Shown here: piece by piece, positions 53,867-64,000 of the stretch
How positions within the stretch are numbered: the first letter of the stretch is position 1
How the letters are laid out: every line of letters begins with the position of its first letter
NCBI GenBank assembly: GCA_043228905.1
Contig: JBHGNT010000001.1
Coordinates: 35,898,001 to 35,962,000, forward strand
Direction: 5' to 3'
From: Azolla caroliniana
Taxonomy: Eukaryota; Plantae; Polypodiophyta
DNA length: 64,000 bases
Program-made: the position numbers and the translations under genes
Notes under the pieces: model-generated
Told to the model about the DNA's origin: nothing
Seen by the model: only the letters and a program-made list of their open reading frames with translations
Database searches by the model: none

Positions 53867-55829
53867 CAAACTATTGTGTTTTTTTTTTCTTTCAATTATA
53901 TTTTATTACATTCTTTTCTTATTTGAATGATGTTTACTCATGTACACATCAACAAGATGAGGTGTCATTGACGTATATGATATAACTAAAACAATGATCC
54001 TCTTTTATTGTATTGTTGCATATTCTGATATCAAAGAGAAAAGTGCTCTGCCAAGATATGAGGAAATAATTGATTCCTCACCAAATAGAAGTGAAAAACG
54101 TGTCATTGGAAGTTATAATCTGTATGTTTTCTTATTCTTCCTTGGATTTGTTCTTTCATTATGTATTATGCTGTGGTTCCTCATTTATACAATGTCTGAA
54201 AATGGAAGTGTAGACAAAACTGATGGTGGGTTCTCAACATCTTGGGGATATATTAATTACTCCTATGGAATAGAATTTACAAAGCGACTTCAATGAAGTA
54301 ACTATCTTATTTCTTATTCTTGTGCTGAAGAAAATGATTTCTGAAAGGAAGCATACGTGGTTGTAATACTTCATTTGTATGCAGTAAATACCTGAGTACC
54401 TTCTTGTAAGTCATCATAGTATGTTTATCAGGGTATAGCTTTACATTATACTCAGAATGTGGGTTTATAATGTATTTCCATTCATATGGGTCATGTATGC
54501 TAGCTGATGCTGGAACACAAAGTAAGACTGCCAAGACATAAAAGTCAAAAACCGGCATCACATAGTTTGGTTGCTGTTGATGTCTTGGTTTACTTGCATT
54601 TGTCTTTGTTTTTTCCTTGTATACTTCTGCATTCAAACTTTTGGTTTGCTCTTCTGAAGACTTAGTACTTGAAATGTAGACAAATGATAACTAAACCTCC
54701 TTCTCCCTTACTACCATGAAGCTGCATTATATTCTTGTGATCTAGACATGATAAGTAAGGCCATATTCCCTTCTCCATTTGGGTTCCCAATGGACAATAA
54801 TTAAACCTTCACAACCACCCCATATATACCATATTTGTTGTGCTCTCCACTATATACTTCAAAAACTTGTTTCATCATCTACCATATAGTTCCAATGAAC
54901 GTTGAATGCATAATTCCATTCCCTCTAATTGATATCATGTTTTCCTCATTGGGCTCATGTTTCTCATATACTCGTTATGCTTGCTCTACCAACATAACAA
55001 GTTCATGCGTAAGTTGATTTCCAAATACATGAAGTTGCCTCAGTTTGAGTCATTTGTCATATTTTATAGATATACGATTGCCTTCATTTAGGTAGTTGAA
55101 TGCGTGCCACACGAAGTTAGGATGCCAAAATGTCTAAGCTAGATATCAATTGATGTGGTCTAGGTGATTTGGAACATCTTGTATAAGTACGGAACAAAAC
55201 ATCAAAATTGGTTCTTATCGATAATGAACTTCATGTTTTATATGATTTGAACTTTTAAACATAACATCAAAAGTTTATTTCCTATATTCAGTTCTACAGA
55301 GGATGTCATGTCAATATATAGAAGAGTAGATTGCAATCTATGGGACATGACTAAGCCCATGGTGAGGATTGGTTCTTTGACATTGAAGAATAGTGGATCA
55401 TGTCACTACTAGAACTTTTATATAGACTACCTAGGCCCTTTATACCCATCGACGAAGTTTATCACCTATTTTTGAAGCCAAAGAATTGAGGGATGACAAA
55501 TTATAACAACATAGTCGGACTTGTTTCTATATTCGAACAAACGGGAAAAATGGAAAAAGCAAAATGTTATAGTATCACCAACAAAACTTTTATATACAAA
55601 CTAGACCAAGGTGCATTGACACAATTGGGATCATATTCTTTCTGTTTATTTCTTTTAACCTAGACAACCAGATTGGGTCGATTATATGTACATATAAGCA
55701 ATTAGAAATGGAAGAAGCGCAAACATTTACATTGGCAAACCGGGTTGCCCATGCCAGAGGAATGCTCATATGGATAGATGCGAAGAGATGCATTTGGTGG
55801 TTGTGTGTAGGAGAGCACGTCTCCTTTGT

Positions 55830-55869
<40 letters not shown>

Positions 55870-55871
55870 TG

Positions 55872-56048
55872 TAGCTTAGTTGGTAAGGTTGCCCAATGGA
55901 AACCAGGTGGTCATGGGTTCAACCGTACAATGGCATTAAGTGAAATAAGAGATATCAATGGAGTAATAGAGAGGTGAGAAAATTTGGTATTGAACCCAAG
56001 ATGTAATGCTAGTAATAAGTGCAAATGACTTACCACTAGGGTAAGCTA
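55872..56048 (+). mobile_element. tRNA-derived element with two convergent tRNA-like heads, following (GA)n
   Basis: Plus strand: TAGCTTAGTTGGTAAG...GGTTCAACC (55916-55924). Minus strand from 56048: TAGCTTACCCTAGTGGTAAG...GGTTCAATACC. (GA)n at 55830-55866. Confidence 0.7.
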
Positions 56049-56291
56049 ATTACAAGAAAAGGAAAAAGAAAAGAGATATACATTTTTTTTCTCTTTATTT
56101 GAAGAGGGGGGAGGGCAAGTATGTAAATAGTTGAAACTTAAGAAGCAGGGCTTATGAGTGTTTGGGGGGGGGCATTTGTATGTAGATATGAAAAACATGA
56201 GGACTGCTTATCAACAGCCAGCGGGATATTTTTAGGGTTCCCAATCCAAGCGCGACAGAGGGATAGAGAGCTCGACTGGTGGAAGCTCCCC

Positions 56292-56846
56292 ATGGATTCT
56301 CGCGATTTCTTCAGAGCTATGGATCCCTCCCAATTCCCTTTCCTTCTGCAGAGCGGACTCACTGGACTCCATGGCCTGCAAGGCCTCAACGGCCTCGTCA
56401 ATCCATTACTAAGCAACGCTTCTCCTGCAGGATCAGGTCGTAGCAAACTCGCTCGAGAAGAAGCCTTGCTCGAAGCTAAAATAATTCAGATCATCCTCTC
56501 CTCTGAACCAGGAGAATGTGAAGAAACCTTGAAACCTAACTCCCGTAAGTCTGTCTCTGTCGGCGGCCACAGTATCTGTGTTGTTTATCGCGATGATGCT
56601 AACTCTGGATATCGTATTTGGGAATGGCACGGACATATCCTTATCTTTGACGAAGAGAAAGGATACAGTCCTGAATATATCTACGGAAACTTCTTTCAAC
56701 CTCTGCAGTCTCTCAATTCTTCGTCGTCCTCCCTTAATGGCATTCTTAACGGTGTTGGCCTCACAGGCCTTATAATCAATGGATCAGATTCAACCAAGAA
56801 AGAACAGGTTGTTCATCGCCCCACTTCTCAAACTGGCAAGAAATGA
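56292..56846 (+). CDS. Single-exon uncharacterised plant protein (~184 aa)
   Basis: Open frame with coding-like composition and a globular-looking core LKPNS..SV.VG.H.ICV...GYRIWEWHGHILIFDEEKGYSPEYIYGNFF that I recall from uncharacterised plant proteins. ATG 56292 preferred over 56154; telo-box-like TTAGGGTT at ~56232. Confidence 0.75.
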   Translation: MDSRDFFRAMDPSQFPFLLQSGLTGLHGLQGLNGLVNPLLSNASPAGSGRSKLAREEALLEAKIIQIILSSEPGECEETLKPNSRKSVSVGGHSICVVYRDDANSGYRIWEWHGHILIFDEEKGYSPEYIYGNFFQPLQSLNSSSSSLNGILNGVGLTGLIINGSDSTKKEQVVHRPTSQTGKK

Positions 56847-57896
56847 CGAGTTCCATTCTGGTTATACAATCCTCTTTCTTTCTCCTTTCCTCAATCTGAC
56901 CAAAAACTCCTCAAGAAATTAGAAGTTTCTTTTTTCTTTCTTCCGCCTGTTTATCTTCTTCTTAAATAGGCATTGAGGGACTTTCTTTTTCTACCTTTTC
57001 TTCTTATATATGCCTTGCTCTGCTCTGTAGAATTATCTATGTATTTAGTTTTCATTTTACATGATGATTACTAGTATCTTTGTCTCTTCTGAAGGTTGGT
57101 GATACGCTTATCCCTTTCTTCACGGAACCTTCTTGTGGATTTTAGCATTGCGCCATTTATGGTGTTATCTTTGCAAAAGTTTCGCAAAGGTTTCTGTTTG
57201 CGTGCATGTTTGTGCATATGTTTGTCATGAGAAGTGCAAAATTCATACATGCTACAGCTGTAAAAAGTTATGGTTTTTAATGAATAGTTGCCTTGAATCA
57301 TAATGAGGATTCAGAACTGTGTGAACTTTGCACCTCTATTGTATATTAGTCGATTATGTTTAATCTTTTTAGTCAATAAGTCATGTGAAAGCTTGCCAGC
57401 AGCATTTTAATCTTAAATAACATTAAAAGTATCTGTTTATGTATTTATATGTTTCTAGATTTAGCAGATTTAGAGATAGAAACAATCTGTTGATTTTATT
57501 TTTATTTTTATATTTAAGCCGAGAGTTGAATTTCCTCATATTTTGTAGGTGGAGGTGGTTTGTTTAATTTCTTTATTATTTAGATATAGATATGGAAGCA
57601 ATCTGTTGAATATGTGGTTGGATTTTAGATATCAGGCAATCTTGGTTGAGGTGGTCAGAACAGATGAAGAAAATTGTAACTAGAAACTATAGTTTTTGTA
57701 TCCTCCTGTATTTAAGTTATTCCGGCACTATTAGCCGCAGTGTAGCAATCTGGCTGTCTGTTTTCTTTCCATTTGATTAGGAAAGTGTATGTGGTTTAGA
57801 TAATACATTAGAAATGAGGAAATGTATGTGATTTGGAAAATAGGAAATGTATGGATTGTGTTCTCTATTGTTACTTTTTTTGTCTGGATGATATAC

Positions 57897-58552
57897 ATGT
57901 GAAAATGGGGAAAATATATGGCAATGTATTTTGCAGTCATAGTGCTTTATCACAGAAACTTGATTAGGCAGATGATGACGAGCTGTTTAGATTATGGCTT
58001 GGACTGTAGTATTATAAGACATGCCAATGTATTACAAAACAAGAACTGGATTATTCTGGGGCATATTTTCCAGGCATGGTTTTTTATCACAGAAACTTGA
58101 TGAGGAAGATGATGACGAGCTATTAGGATTATGACTTCGACTGTATAATTATAAGACATGCGAATGTCTCACAAAACAAGAACTGGATTATTATGAGGTA
58201 TGCCAATGGATCTCAAAGAAAGAACTAGAACTCAAAAGCATTGGTCACATCTTAACTGACAGAAGTGTTGTTGCTAGACTAGGTGTTGGAAGCTTTGCAA
58301 GATGTAGGGAGGTGATTGACCACTGCGCATGCCGTTGGTGCAATTTGTGTAGGGGGGTTGCCCTTTGATTCTCCATCTTGGGAGGAGATCTCCTGTAATT
58401 TTACAACATTTGCTTGTCATATACTATATCTTGCTTTTACTTGTCTTATGTCTAATAGTCATTCCTATTGTGGATTGGTTAGCCTGTTTCTGTAGCTCTT
58501 ATGAGCGCTGTTGAACCTTACCTTTTCTGCTCCTATTTTGGGAGTGCTCTCA
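57897..58552 (+). repeat. Left direct repeat flanking the LecRK gene (with internal tandem duplication)
   Basis: 57897-57975 plus ~58275-58552 align with 62607-62948; internal ~140 bp duplication (ttatcacagaaacttgat..gatgatgacgagct) across ~57950-58190. Confidence 0.8.
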
Positions 58553-59470
58553 GGGAAAATGCTCTGACTGTCCCCATTTCAATGAGCCCTCTCGTTGGTA
58601 ATTTTTAGGCATATTGTATTTTCACCTTATCTATGACCATGCTTTAATCCTGAAAGTCTTTTCTAAGATTTAGATTCAAGGAACCTACAATCCATGTGTC
58701 AAACTTAGTGATGCATGTTTTGCATATCTTATGGGCATGGCTTTCCATTACATACTTATTAGTAAAAACATTAACACGATATTTATTTTATGTATTTCAT
58801 TATCTTTGTGACCATCTCTAAGTTGAAGGAATGGCATCCTTATTGTCACCAAGTGGTGAAAACCATACAAAACCTTGCATGCTTCATCGTCGCCACTACT
58901 CTAAATTATATGGCAAGGTTGTTTTCTGAGTTCTTAGATAACTACAATTTCAAGATTTTTGTTCCAATATTCCTCCAAACACGCATTTCTTGAGACACAA
59001 AAAATTGAGCTTTGAATTGAGGGGAGAGAGGCTCAACCAATAAGTTGCTTATTCATTGTAAAGCTAAGACCGACTCAAAATATATGTGATGTCCACACTC
59101 CATACGATAGTATTGATGATCAAAGATAGTGTGACGACAACAAGTTGTGGTGAACTAATAGGCTCCAAGTGACAGCTGAGCCATGAAAAGGATAGTTAGA
59201 CTTAGGTCCATTGAAGGCTTAGGCTCCAAGTAACGAGAATGGAGCCACACGAATAAAATAAAGGAGAATGTAGGTGTGAACCCTATCAACATCTTTTGCT
59301 TTCCAGAAGTACTAAGAAAACTTGGTTTGATTTGGTCAAACAACACGGCTGTACTAAGAAATCTTTGTTTTTCATTGAATGCCTACATTAGCTGGATCAC
59401 ACGCACCCACAGTCTCTCTGCATCCCTGTCATTGAATTCACTACATACATAGCTACCCCCCCGCCACTCC

Positions 59471-61603
59471 ATGGCCAAGGCCAGAGCATTCACTATCCTG
59501 CTCCTTGTATTTTACGCTACCCTGCAGAAACCCACCATTGTTGATGGTGCCAATGATCTGGTCAATACATCCACAATTGCGTTTAACTATGATGCTACAC
59601 AGTCAAATCTGGAAGACTTTAAACGAATCAGCGTAAGTATCGACAACGCTGTCTGGCTCACTCCCGACCCTCGCACGCAGCAACAGACTGAAATGGATGG
59701 AAAGACCGGTTGGTTCCTCTACAACACTCCCTTGACCTCGCTCCCAAACATCACCTCCTTCCACACCTCTTTCCAGTTCCAGATCATTACTCCTCCTCCA
59801 TCCATCGTCCAGGGAGGAGATGGTCTCGCCTTCTTTATCTCTCCTTACGACACCATTCCCGATCAGAGCGGCGGTGGATTCTTGGGCATCGCCAATGGCA
59901 CCTCCAACGCGTCAGATCCATCCCGCCATCTCTTTGCGGTCGAGTTTGATACCTACAAGAATGTTGAAATGAACGACTCCAATAACAATCATGTCGGGAT
60001 CGACATCAATGGTGTTGTCTCCACAGTCTTCGTCAATACAAACTCTTCTCATTTTGACCTCTACCAGAACTCAACATTCATGGTGTGGGTGGACTACTAC
60101 GCCTCCAATACATCCATCGAGGTCCGGATGGCCAACATCACAGACCCTTCTTCGTCACTAGTAACTCCACCTCTTCAACCCCCCCTCCTCAGCTTGAACT
60201 ATGATCTCTCCACTCTTTTCCTGGATTCCGACATGTTTGTAGGCTTGTCAGCAACGACAGGTTTAAGCTATCAAGGCTGCGCGATCTCTTCCTGGAATTT
60301 CTCTCTAAGTACTACTGTACATATACAACCGCCTAGTAGTAGTAGTAGTAGTAGTAACAGCACAAGCATCACTTCACAATCAGGAACTAATCTTGGTAAA
60401 ATCATTGCTGGTATTGTCAGTGGTGTTGTAGCCACCGGAGTCATAGTGGCTTTGATAGTCTACAGGAAAAAATGCTGTTCTTCTTCTTCCGATGATGATG
60501 AACAAATCGCAGAAATTTCACTAATTCCACACGATGCGCTAGTTCCAGCTGCCATGCCGCGTTACACATACAAGGAGCTGTGGAAGGCGACCCAGGGCTT
60601 TCATGACAAGGCCAGAGTAGGACGAGGTGGGTTCAGCATCGTGTACAAGGGCATCCTAAAGCAACGTAGTAATGCAGCGGGGGGATCGATGTGCGAAGTG
60701 GCCGTGAAGAGGTTGAACAAAGAGGGGCTGAGGAAGAGCGACGAATTCTTCTCAGAGATCAAGATGATCAACATGCTCGAGCATCCACGCCTGGTGAACC
60801 TCAAGGGATGGTGCTACGAGAAAGGGGAGGCCATGCTGGTGTACCAATTCATGAGCAACGGGAGCTTGGCAGATCACTTATTCGGGAAGGGCAACTCCAC
60901 CATGTTGACAAGCAAGATTAGGGTGGAGATCCTGAAGGGAGTGGCGGAAGCCCTGAACCATCTGCATTCGGCAGGTGCGGTGCACCGCGATGTGAAGGCC
61001 GCGAACGTGCTACTCACATCTGAATTTGAGGCAATGCTGGGGGATTTTGGTCTGTTACGCCTGCTCAAGGACGACAATCATATGACCCAAACAATGACAG
61101 CAGCTGGCACGCCTGGATATGCCGCACCCGAACTGTTATTCACGCGGGTGCCGACCAACAAAGTGGATGTGTATAGCTATGGCGTGCTTGCACTAGAGCT
61201 GGCATGTGGGCGGCGGGCCATTGAGCCGAGATTAGATCAACTGGAGGAACGCATTCTGCTCGATTGGGTGTGGTTGAAGCAAGAGAGTGGCACACTACTA
61301 TCGGTGTTGGACCCAAGGATGATGGAGGTAAGTGGGTTAGAAGGTGAAGAGAAGGAACCAATTTGGAGGTGCATCCTTCATTTGGCGTTACGTTGTTGCC
61401 ATCCGATTCCAGATGAGCGGCCCCAAATGCAAGAAGTACTGAAAACCCTAGAGAATGGAGTAGTAGTGGCTGTTGAGCCTTCACGGCCTTCCTACCCTGG
61501 TGCTTTTGTCCTTCACCATCCTGGGCTTAGTGGCGACACGAATTATACTACCACATCCTCGAGTTATAATAGTGGCCAATATACCTCTTCGGGGTCTATG
61601 TAG
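59471..61603 (+). CDS. LecRK: L-type (legume) lectin receptor-like kinase, intronless, 710 aa
   Basis: Signal peptide, lectin motifs GGDGLAFFI, FAVEFDT, NHVGIDIN, VGLSATTG; TM IIAGIVSGVVATGVIVALIV; kinase GRGGFSIVYKG, VAVKR, HRDVKAAN, DFG, GTPGYAAPE, DVYSYG. Confidence 0.96.
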   Translation: MAKARAFTILLLVFYATLQKPTIVDGANDLVNTSTIAFNYDATQSNLEDFKRISVSIDNAVWLTPDPRTQQQTEMDGKTGWFLYNTPLTSLPNITSFHTSFQFQIITPPPSIVQGGDGLAFFISPYDTIPDQSGGGFLGIANGTSNASDPSRHLFAVEFDTYKNVEMNDSNNNHVGIDINGVVSTVFVNTNSSHFDLYQNSTFMVWVDYYASNTSIEVRMANITDPSSSLVTPPLQPPLLSLNYDLSTLFLDSDMFVGLSATTGLSYQGCAISSWNFSLSTTVHIQPPSSSSSSSNSTSITSQSGTNLGKIIAGIVSGVVATGVIVALIVYRKKCCSSSSDDDEQIAEISLIPHDALVPAAMPRYTYKELWKATQGFHDKARVGRGGFSIVYKGILKQRSNAAGGSMCEVAVKRLNKEGLRKSDEFFSEIKMINMLEHPRLVNLKGWCYEKGEAMLVYQFMSNGSLADHLFGKGNSTMLTSKIRVEILKGVAEALNHLHSAGAVHRDVKAANVLLTSEFEAMLGDFGLLRLLKDDNHMTQTMTAAGTPGYAAPELLFTRVPTNKVDVYSYGVLALELACGRRAIEPRLDQLEERILLDWVWLKQESGTLLSVLDPRMMEVSGLEGEEKEPIWRCILHLALRCCHPIPDERPQMQEVLKTLENGVVVAVEPSRPSYPGAFVLHHPGLSGDTNYTTTSSSYNSGQYTSSGSM

Positions 61604-62606
61604 ATCGGCCATAGATAGGACTTTGGCTTTGTAAGTTACAAGCCCTCAGATCCTCTAGAAAAGCTTATAATGGATTTGCCTGACTCGTTAGGGAACATTT
61701 CCCTCTGTATGCATTGAAGTATATTGTTAAATAATGAATAAATTTTGTGATGGATTTGGATCATGATCTCCTTGTATCCTCGCAATGTGTAAAGAATCGA
61801 GCACCATGTGTGCTATATTGGCTCAAGAAGTCATCGTCATAAAGCGAGGAAAGCAATGAAGGCATAAGTCCAACAAGTTGGAGGAGAAGACATGGTGCTA
61901 AGCATTGGATGCACATGATGATTGACGCTGGTGCCCTTAGAAAAGTTCAGATGTTGCAGGAAGTAGGTAAGTGGAAGTAAGAAAGAACCTTGAAATTCCT
62001 TAGAAAACTCTTACCCTTATTGCAAAGACTGGTCTTTCCCCTCATGCCCAATCAATCAATGTCTTTCCTTGCCTCCTGTGAGGCCGCTTCTCATAATATA
62101 TTGTGAAAAGCTGCTTGTCGTGGAGAAGTCTCATACCATGTAGGAAACATGGCACATTCTGTAAGGAGTTGCCCAACCCTCTCTGTGTATGATATTCCCT
62201 TGGGTATCACCTGACACCTACCATGCTAAAATGATGATTTATAACCTAAACCTAAATGATTGGTGACGTTAGCACCCCCCCCCCCATCTGCTAGATAATC
62301 ATAGCCTATGGTGGATTTTTGTTCACCATTCTTTCATTTATCCGCAATGACAACAAACACCATGTCATTTACCAGTTCCTCTAATCACCATGTCATTTAT
62401 CAGGTAGTGGTGAGACAGACTTCTGCTTCTTTGATTCATCCCAAACTCCTCTGATCCATCGAATCCCTTAGCCATAGTTATCACCAAGAAAAAGAACGAG
62501 TATATAGATCCGGGAACAAGAAAAAACAACATCCAAAATTTTGAAAATTTGAAACTGGATTTGACGTTCCCTGTTCCCTGTGGGTAAAGAATCACAATTT
62601 TTTTTG

Positions 62607-62948
62607 ATGTGAAAATGGGGAAAATATATGGCAATTTATTTTCCAGGCATAGTGCTTTATCACAGAAACTTGATTAGGAAGACTAGGTGTAGGGATGTTG
62701 GAAGCTTTGCAAGATGTAGGGAGGTGATTGACAACTTCTCATGCTGTTGGTGCGATTTGTGTAGGAGAGTGTCCTTTGATTCTCCTGTAATTTTACCACA
62801 TTTGCTTGTCATATACTATATCTTGATTTTACTTGTCTTATGTCTAATAATCATTCCTATTGTGGGTTGGTTAGCCCGTTTCTCTAGCTTCTCTTATGAG
62901 CACGGTTGAACCTAACCTATTTCTGCTACTATTTTGGGAGTGCTCTCA
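62607..62948 (+). repeat. Right direct repeat flanking the LecRK gene
   Basis: atgtgaaaatggggaaaatatatggcaat...gcaagatgtagggaggtgattgac...tattttgggagtgctctca, shared with 57897-58552. Confidence 0.8.
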
Positions 62949-63310
62949 AGATGAGGTAGCAACATAGAGGACATTCTATGAAGCAAATATGCTCTTCCTC
63001 CCCTACTTGATTCGGCCTCTACATAGATGAGATAGCAATGTGGAGATGGTGAGATTTTATGTTAGACAACATACTCTTGTTATCTAAATCTAATGCAAGG
63101 ATACAATATCATCTCAATAACCTGTATGGTATTCCTTGTGAAAAGGGGCTTAAACCTTGAAAATACTACGGTCATGAACTTCCATGTATCCACATTGACT
63201 TTCTAATAAGTTGTCTCGAATGTAAGATGGCACGTATTGGTGGGTTCTTGTCTACATCTAGGGGCAAAATTACAAGCATACATGGGATTTCTCTATGACC
63301 ATGGTAGCAA

Positions 63311-64000
63311 TGGGCCCGGTTTGGTTTTGGTTTGGTTTGGTTTCTTTGCCTTGAAACCAAACGGAACGGAACCAAACCATTTATATAAAACAAAAACCAA
63401 AACAAACCGTTTATGAATATTCAAGCCATTAAACCGAACCATTTAATAAAAGGTAACCAAACTATTTAAACCAAAACCGTTTAGGGAAAAGTTGAAACCA
63501 AACCGAGCCATTTAATAAAAAGTTTAAACCTAATCACATTTAAGCCAAACTAATTAAAAATTTAATAAATAAAAATAAACTAAATTAAATAAGCATTTAT
63601 GTTAAAGTGGTTAAATAAATAAATAAGTATTAATTAAGCCATTAGATTAAATAAACATTTAAGTTAAGTGAATTTAATCAATAAAAATATTAATTAAACC
63701 ATTAAATTACATAAACATTTGAGGGATAAAAAAAGTTTGCCCAAAAACTTATAAACCATTAAACCAAACTACTTAAACTTATAAACCAATAAACCTTAGT
63801 TTCAAAATCGAACCAAACCATTTATTAATAATTAAAACCAAACCAAACCAAACCATTTAATTATTTTGGAACTTATAAACCTTTAAACCATGGCTAGACC
63901 ATTAAATTGTTAAGCCATTAAACCGGTAAAACCGCAGTTTCGTGGTGAGGTTTCGGTTTTTAGCTTAGATCAAATTTTAAAATTTCATTATTTAAAATTT
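63311..64000. mobile_element. AT-rich non-autonomous DNA-transposon-like element with many AAACC/GGTTT motifs (runs off the window)
   Basis: Begins GGGCCCGGTTTGGTTTTGG, with dense aaacc/ggttt motifs of the kind found in subterminal regions of plant MITE/hAT derivatives. Right end and TSD not visible. Confidence 0.45.

Overview
Eukaryotic land-plant nuclear DNA: AT-rich, GT-AG introns, many (GA)n/(CT)n tracts. The repeat content is compatible with a fern, but the taxon cannot be established from sequence alone. Genes, left to right: (1) a 6-exon minus-strand XS-domain/coiled-coil/RING gene whose model is broken only by C>T-type lesions; (2) a ~450 bp decayed copy of the kinase segment of the lectin kinase 54 kb downstream; (3) an SMP/C2 synaptotagmin of the SYTF/NTMC2T3 type, head-to-head with (4) a plastid-type class A DnaJ; (5) a P1B-2 Zn/Cd ATPase (HMA2/4-like, about 1415 aa) with a very long His/Asp/Cys tandem-repeat tail; (6) an AN1/C2H2 stress-associated protein (SAP11/13-like); (7) an uncharacterised single-exon gene; (8) an intronless L-type lectin receptor kinase flanked by direct repeats. 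The 23-44 kb interval is a nested transposon island. It holds a 5'-truncated L1 with a target-site duplication (TSD), a very young GC-rich Ty1/copia with near-identical LTRs, a solo LTR, a hAT-type MITE, a 167-bp fold-back element with a 5-bp TSD, and a (GA)n-associated element with two convergent tRNA-like heads that also seeded a tandem array. Exon boundaries were read by hand and family assignments rest on recalled motifs; no searches were run.
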